Assembly (NCBI GenBank): GCA_963707915.1
Contig: OY970178.1
Span: forward strand, 2,432,001-2,496,000
From: Candidatus Eiseniibacteriota bacterium
Lineage (GTDB): Bacteria; Eisenbacteria; RBG-16-71-46
Length of the DNA: 64,000 bases
Direction of reading: 5' to 3'
Shown here: positions 59,015-64,000 of the stretch, piece by piece
How positions within the stretch are numbered: the first letter of the stretch is position 1
Layout of the letters: each line of letters begins with the position of its first letter
The notes under the pieces: generated by a model
What the model saw: the letters and a program-made list of their open reading frames with translations, nothing else
The model's database searches: none
What the model was told of the DNA's origin: nothing
Program-made: the position numbers and the translations under genes

Positions 59015-59632
59015 TCAGGGTCGGCGCGTGGAGCGCTCGAGGAGCCCCGCGAGCAGCGCGAGCGCGACACCGGGCGCGGGCGGACGCCCGGTGCGGACCG
59101 TGCAGGGTCCCGCGACGGCATTGAGCAGGACCAGCGGCAGGCGATCGCCGGCGCGGAGCGGCGCGGGCACGGACGGCAGCGCCGAGCGCACCGCGGCCTC
59201 GGCCACCGAGGCCACGCGCGGACGGTCGTCCGGCGCGCAGACGAAGCGCGCCCCGTCCCAGCCGAGCACGGCGGCCACGCAACTCTCGTAGATCTCGTCC
59301 CCGTCCGACGAGGTGAGCAGCGTGGCCACCCCCGGCCGGCGCATGCCGTCGTACGGGCTCGGCGGGGCCGGCTTGGGGAACCCGCCGCGGCCCGCGGCGA
59401 ACGGCGAGACCGCGAAACGCACCGGCAGGCCGTCGGCGAGCCGCGAGCCGGCGCGCCGCTCGGCCCGCAGCTCACCGCCCGTCACGGTGACGGCGTAGAT
59501 GCCGGGCCGGGCCTCGCGCGCGAAGCGGGCGAACGCGGCCCGTCCCGCCGCGCCTTCCGGCGCGAGCCGGTCGACGTGGAAGTCGTGGAGCACCACGCCT
59601 GCGCCGGTCACCCGCAGGGTGGTGTACGTCAT
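59015..59632 (-). CDS. Short aminotransferase class IV-like protein (PabC-like)
   Basis: YTTLRV..G.VLH..H..RL N-terminus, FPK, LL...G.EI.E; ATGA-coupled to pabB. Confidence 0.55.
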   Translation of the reverse strand: MTYTTLRVTGAGVVLHDFHVDRLAPEGAAGRAAFARFAREARPGIYAVTVTGGELRAERRAGSRLADGLPVRFAVSPFAAGRGGFPKPAPPSPYDGMRRPGVATLLTSSDGDEIYESCVAAVLGWDGARFVCAPDDRPRVASVAEAAVRSALPSVPAPLRAGDRLPLVLLNAVAGPCTVRTGRPPAPGVALALLAGLLERSTRRP

Positions 59633-60612
59633 CGCAGCGCCCCCAGCTTCACGTGCAGCTCCTCGCGCTCCCGGCCCGGGTTCGAGTCGTGGACGATGCC
59701 GCCGCCGACCCCGTAGACCCAGCCCGCGGCGTCGCGGACGGCGGTGCGGATCAGCAGGCTGGCGGTCGTCCGCCCGTCCGCCGTGAAGCCGAGCGCGCCG
59801 CAGTACGCGCCGCGCGGCGACGGCTCGAGCCGCCCGATCATCGCCCGGGCCGCCCGCTTCGGCGCGCCGGTGACGGAGCCGCCCGGGTGCAGCGCGTCGA
59901 GCGCGTCGAGCGCGGTCACGCCGGGCAGCAGCTCGCCCCCGACGTCGCTCACCGTCTGCGTCGCGTAGGGCAGGTGGACGAAGCGGCGCTCGTCGCTCAC
60001 CACGACGCTGCGCGGCCGGCACAGGGGCGTGAGATCGTGGCGCACCAGGTCGGTGATCATCGCCAGCTCGGCCCGGTCCTTGTCGCTGGCGGCCAGCGTC
60101 CCGGCGCCCTCCGGGCGCGCCGTGCCCTTCATCGGCTCCGAGCGGATCCGCCCGCCACCGGTCTCGAAGAGCAGCTCCGGCGAGGCCGAGACGAACTCCG
60201 CGCCGCCGGGCAGCCGCACCCACGCCGCGAAGCGCGGCAGGCCGCGGGCCGCCATCCGCGCCAGCAGCGCCGCACCCGGCACCGGCGCCAGCCGCGCACG
60301 GACCGTGAGGCACACCTGGTAGACGTCGCCCGCGGCGATGGCCTCGCGGATCTCCTCCACGGCCGCGGCGTGCCCGGTGGCGTCGAGCCGCGGCTCGAGC
60401 GTGGCGGGCGGCGGCAGCTCGAGCTCGTCCACCGAACGAAGGTCTCCGTCGAGGAGCACGGCGTCGCGGCCGCGGCCCTCGTAGGGCGCGAAGAAGAGCC
60501 GCGGCGCGCGCGGCGCGGCGCGCAGGCCGGTGAGCAGCACGGCTTCGCCCGCGCCGAAGCCCGGTCCCAGGAACGCGAACGCCGGCAGCGCATCGAGGTC
60601 CGCGAGCCTCAC
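59629..60612 (-). CDS. pabB: Aminodeoxychorismate/anthranilate synthase component I family (short)
   Basis: IAAGDVYQV, SASPELL, EPMKGT, KDRAELAMITDLVRHDL, PGGSVTGAPK, RG.YCG, GGGIV.DS. Confidence 0.8.
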   Translation of the reverse strand: MRLADLDALPAFAFLGPGFGAGEAVLLTGLRAAPRAPRLFFAPYEGRGRDAVLLDGDLRSVDELELPPPATLEPRLDATGHAAAVEEIREAIAAGDVYQVCLTVRARLAPVPGAALLARMAARGLPRFAAWVRLPGGAEFVSASPELLFETGGGRIRSEPMKGTARPEGAGTLAASDKDRAELAMITDLVRHDLTPLCRPRSVVVSDERRFVHLPYATQTVSDVGGELLPGVTALDALDALHPGGSVTGAPKRAARAMIGRLEPSPRGAYCGALGFTADGRTTASLLIRTAVRDAAGWVYGVGGGIVHDSNPGREREELHVKLGALR

Positions 60613-61172
60613 GCGAGCCCCCGGAAGAACGCCTCGATCATCGCCGCGCCGCGGGGGGTCGCGTACGAGTCCGGGTGGAACTGCAGGCCGGCCATCGGCA
60701 GCTCCTCGTGCTCCACCGCCATGACGACGGCGTCCTCGCTGGTCGCGACCACGCGCAGCGGGCGGGCGACGTCCGCGAGGGCCAGCGAGTGGTAGCGCAT
60801 CACCGCCTGGGGGCCGGCGAACGCGGCGAACAGGCGCGCGCCCGCGAAGGTCGCCACCGACGGCTTCCCGTGCCGGGGCGGCGTGCGCACCAGGCGGGCC
60901 CCGAAGGCCAGGCCGATGGCCTGGTGCCCGAGGCAGATGCCGAGCGTGGGGAGCCGCCGCGCGGCCGCCGCGCGGGCCACGGCGACGAGCCCGGCGCGCT
61001 CCGGGTCGGTCGGGCCCGGACCGATGACCAGCGCGTCCGCGGCCGCCAGCAGGTCCGGGCGCGCCGCGACCTCGCGCCCGGGGACGACCGTCACCTCGTC
61101 CCGCCGGCACGGCAGCCGGTCGATCACGTTCCACGAGAAGGAATCCTCGTTCTCCAGGAAGAGCACGCGCAT
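60609..61172 (-). CDS. pabA: Glutamine amidotransferase component II (PabA/TrpG)
   Basis: ENEDSFSWN, IGPGP, LGICLGHQ, HGK, MRYHSL, GLQFHPDS. Confidence 0.85.
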   Translation of the reverse strand: MRVLFLENEDSFSWNVIDRLPCRRDEVTVVPGREVAARPDLLAAADALVIGPGPTDPERAGLVAVARAAAARRLPTLGICLGHQAIGLAFGARLVRTPPRHGKPSVATFAGARLFAAFAGPQAVMRYHSLALADVARPLRVVATSEDAVVMAVEHEELPMAGLQFHPDSYATPRGAAMIEAFFRGLA

Positions 61173-61292
61173 GGGACTGCAGGGAAGCGCAAGCGCGGGC
61201 CGGGCACAAGCCCGCGGACGCGCCCGGCCCGCCGATCCCCCCCCGCGGCGGCGCTTGCGCCCCCGTGCGCGACCCCGCACAATCGCGCCGCG

Positions 61293-63002
61293 ATGCGTTC
61301 CCTGCGACTCGGCCTGGCCCAGCTCAACCCGACGGTCGGCGACCTCGACGGCAACTTCGAGCGGATCGTCGCCGCCGTCGGGCGCGCCCGCGCCCTCGGG
61401 GTGGAGGTGCTGGCCTTCCCCGAGCTGGCGATCACCGGGTATCCGCCCGAGGACCTGCTGCTCAACCCCTCGTTCGTCGAGCGCGCGGTCCGGCGCACGC
61501 GCGACCTCGTCCCCCACTCGGCGGGCATGACCCTGGTGGTGGGCACGGTGGAGCGCGAGGCGGAACTGTTCGACGCGGCCGCGGTGCTTCACGACGGCCG
61601 CTGGGCGGGCAGCTATCGAAAGCACCACCTGCCCAACTACGGCGTCTTCGACGAGAAGCGCTACTTCACGCCGGGTCGCGGGAACGCGGTGTTCGTGCGT
61701 GACGGCGTGACGCTCGGCGTGAGCATCTGCGAGGACATCTGGTTCCCCGGCGATCCGATCGAGGAGCAGGCGGCGTGCGGCGCCGAGTTGCTGCTCAACC
61801 TGTCGGCCTCGCCGTACCATGCGGGCAAGGCCGGCGAGCGCCGCGGCATGCTGGGCACGCGCGCCACCGACTACCGGGCGATCGTCGCCTACGTGAACCT
61901 GGTGGGCGGGCAGGACGAGGTGCTCCACGACGGCGCGAGCATGGTCCTCGGGCCCCGGGGCGAGTCGTTGGCCGAGGGCGCGATGTTCGCGGAGGACCTG
62001 GTCGTCGTCGACCTCGACCTCGACGCGGTGTCGGCCGCCCGGCGCGGCGCTTCGCCGCCGCGGGAACGGGGGAACGCGGGGCCGGCGCGCATCGGGCTGG
62101 CGGCGTGCACGGGGACCGCGAAACCGGCGCTGGCCGCGCCCCCGGTCCCCGCGGCCCGCGCGCCCGAGGCCGAGGTCTACGACGCGCTGGTCCTCGCCAC
62201 ACGCGACTACGTGCGCAAGAACGGGTTCGACACGGTCGCGCTCGGACTCTCCGGGGGCATCGACTCGGCGCTCTGCGCCTGCATCGCCGCCGACGCGCTC
62301 GGACCGCGGCAGGTGGTGGGCGTGAGCATGCCCGGCCCGTACAGCGCGGGGATCTCGCGCGAGGACGCCGAGGCGCTGTGCCGCGCGCTCGGGCTGCGCT
62401 TCTACGCGATCCCGATCGGGGACGTCTTCGAGTCGTACGGCCGCGCGCTGGCGCCGGCCTTCGCGGGCCGCGCGCGCGACGTCACCGAGGAGAACCTGCA
62501 GGCGCGCATCCGCGGGAACCTGCTGATGGCGCTGTCGAACAAGTACGGCTGGCTGGTGCTCACGACCGGCAACAAGAGCGAGACCTCGGTGGGCTACAGC
62601 ACGCTCTACGGCGACACGGCGGGCGGCTTCGCGGTGCTGAAGGACGTCTACAAGACCATGGTCTACCGGCTCGCGCGGCACCGCAACGGGCGCTCCGCCG
62701 CGATCCCGGAGCGCACGCTCACGCGCCCGCCCACGGCGGAGCTCCGGCCGGACCAGCTGGACCAGGACACGCTGCCGCCCTACGAGGTGCTCGACGCGAT
62801 CCTCGAGGGCTACGTCGAGGAGGACCGCTCGGCGGCCGAACTGGTCGCGGCCGGCCACGACGAGGCGACCGTGCGCCGCGTGATGCGCATGGTGGACGCG
62901 TCCGAGTACAAGCGCCGCCAGAGCCCGCCGGGCGTGAAGATCACGCCGCGCGCCTTCGGCCGCGACCGCCGCCTGCCGATCACCAACCGCTGGCGGGGGT
63001 AG
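61293..63002 (+). CDS. nadE: Glutamine-dependent NAD+ synthetase
   Basis: AQLNPTVGD, FPEL, KHHLPNYGVFDEKRYF, ICEDIW, GLSGGIDS, EENLQARIRG, TGNKSE, YSTLYGD, SEYKRRQ. Confidence 0.95.
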   Translation: MRSLRLGLAQLNPTVGDLDGNFERIVAAVGRARALGVEVLAFPELAITGYPPEDLLLNPSFVERAVRRTRDLVPHSAGMTLVVGTVEREAELFDAAAVLHDGRWAGSYRKHHLPNYGVFDEKRYFTPGRGNAVFVRDGVTLGVSICEDIWFPGDPIEEQAACGAELLLNLSASPYHAGKAGERRGMLGTRATDYRAIVAYVNLVGGQDEVLHDGASMVLGPRGESLAEGAMFAEDLVVVDLDLDAVSAARRGASPPRERGNAGPARIGLAACTGTAKPALAAPPVPAARAPEAEVYDALVLATRDYVRKNGFDTVALGLSGGIDSALCACIAADALGPRQVVGVSMPGPYSAGISREDAEALCRALGLRFYAIPIGDVFESYGRALAPAFAGRARDVTEENLQARIRGNLLMALSNKYGWLVLTTGNKSETSVGYSTLYGDTAGGFAVLKDVYKTMVYRLARHRNGRSAAIPERTLTRPPTAELRPDQLDQDTLPPYEVLDAILEGYVEEDRSAAELVAAGHDEATVRRVMRMVDASEYKRRQSPPGVKITPRAFGRDRRLPITNRWRG

Positions 63003-63029
63003 GGCGCCGCCGGCGGGTCCCTCCCGGGA

Positions 63030-63572
63030 CTACTTCGCGGCGTCGATCACCGCGACCAGCGCGCCGCCGGTGAGGACGAACGAGTAGGAGCCGCTCTTGC
63101 CCAGGGCGTAGAGCGTGAAGACGCCGTCGCCCTTGATCTGCTCGACCAGCGCGGCCTTGCCCCCCAGGAAGAGCGCGGCCGACTGGTCCCAGCCGACCTG
63201 CTTCGACTCGCCGGCCGCGAGGTGGAGCGGGCCCCAGATCTTCACCGCGGTCGGATCGATGGCCAGGGTGGCCGCGTCCGCGTGTTCGGTGAGCCCCGGC
63301 GTCATCCACACTTCCACGTCCATCGCCGCGCCGGTGTTGGCGAACCGGCCGAGGATGGCGACGTCGGCGAGGTCCTTGAGCTCGGACTTGTGGTCCTTGT
63401 ACGCGCTCACGGTGTTCAGGTCCACGTCCATGTGCTGCATGGCCGTCTGGCTGATCGAGAGCGGCGACGGCAGGTCGTGGGAGACGACGAACTGGCCGGA
63501 GACGAGGAGGCAGCCGGCGGCGGACAGCGCGGCCAGCGCGAGGGTCGGGATGGTCCAGCGAAGGCTTCTCAT
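63030..63572 (-). CDS. Hypothetical lipoprotein
   Basis: AAGGAGG RBS, lipobox AAGC, beta-rich. Confidence 0.75.
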   Translation of the reverse strand: MRSLRWTIPTLALAALSAAGCLLVSGQFVVSHDLPSPLSISQTAMQHMDVDLNTVSAYKDHKSELKDLADVAILGRFANTGAAMDVEVWMTPGLTEHADAATLAIDPTAVKIWGPLHLAAGESKQVGWDQSAALFLGGKAALVEQIKGDGVFTLYALGKSGSYSFVLTGGALVAVIDAAK

Positions 63573-63585
63573 GGCAGGCCCCTCC

Positions 63586-64000
63586 TTACGGCAGGCTCAG
63601 GAAATGGTAGGACGCGCCGGCCGTCACGTTGACGAACTTCCGCGAGGTCTCACCCAGCGAGATCATGTTCAGCTCCCCGCGCACGTCCACGTCGAGCTTG
63701 GGGATGGCCGAGAAACCCAGGCCGAAACCGAAGTTGTAGCCCGTCTTGGTCAGGTCGTCCGCCGCCGTCCGGGTGAGCTTGTGCGAGCCGATGCCGACGA
63801 ACGGGTAGAAGCGCACCGGGCCGCCCGTCGCCAGCAGCGCGTTCACGCCGTAGGCGGTGATCTTCCCGCCGTCGCGCGTGTAGGTCAGACCGCCGAACGT
63901 CTCCTCGACGTCGCCGAGCGAGCTGGTGGCCCAGTAGGGCTCGACCTTCAGCAGGGGCAGCACGCTCACCGGCAGGCGCACGCCGTAGACCATGCCCTGC
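63586..64000 (-). CDS. Outer-membrane beta-barrel protein (OmpA-like barrel), 5'-truncated by window edge
   Basis: Alternating strands: FYPFVGIG, GYNFGFGLGF, DVRGE, NVTAGASYHF. Confidence 0.7.
   Translation of the reverse strand, partial: QGMVYGVRLPVSVLPLLKVEPYWATSSLGDVEETFGGLTYTRDGGKITAYGVNALLATGGPVRFYPFVGIGSHKLTRTAADDLTKTGYNFGFGLGFSAIPKLDVDVRGELNMISLGETSRKFVNVTAGASYHFLSLP

Overview
A very GC-rich bacterial chromosomal segment with about 50 genes. The short TWG..K..YR C-terminal tails and FlgD-Ig-like C-terminal domains suggest Candidatus Eisenbacteria or a Latescibacterota relative (inference only). Housekeeping and metabolic genes include two amidohydrolases, mscL, glgP, a BshB1-like deacetylase, an S11 PBP, TauE, an aminotransferase, NUDIX, rlmD, pepA, ABC/MFS transporters, a minimal pabA/B/C-like operon and nadE. 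These are interleaved with many envelope and secreted proteins. Main points of interest: (1) four secreted proteins share a C-terminal Cys-x(n)-VP-x4-TWG-x-[LV]K-x2-YR tag, a candidate sorting signal; (2) three of them share a ~175-nt, apparently structured 5' leader, two behind matching sigma70-like promoters, a candidate cis-regulatory RNA; (3) five GT-C membrane glycosyltransferases (three TMTC-like, one TMEM260/DUF2723-like, one with a beta-sandwich plus TPR) lie mostly next to secreted-protein genes, a candidate protein O-glycosylation system; (4) an IS481 element abuts a copy of its own end and sits beside an HNH/RuvA-CTD-like gene; (5) a Lon protease lacks its N-domain and has a degenerate Walker B and pore loop. 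No rRNA, tRNA or CRISPR array was seen. All assignments come from reading motifs by eye; no database searches were run.
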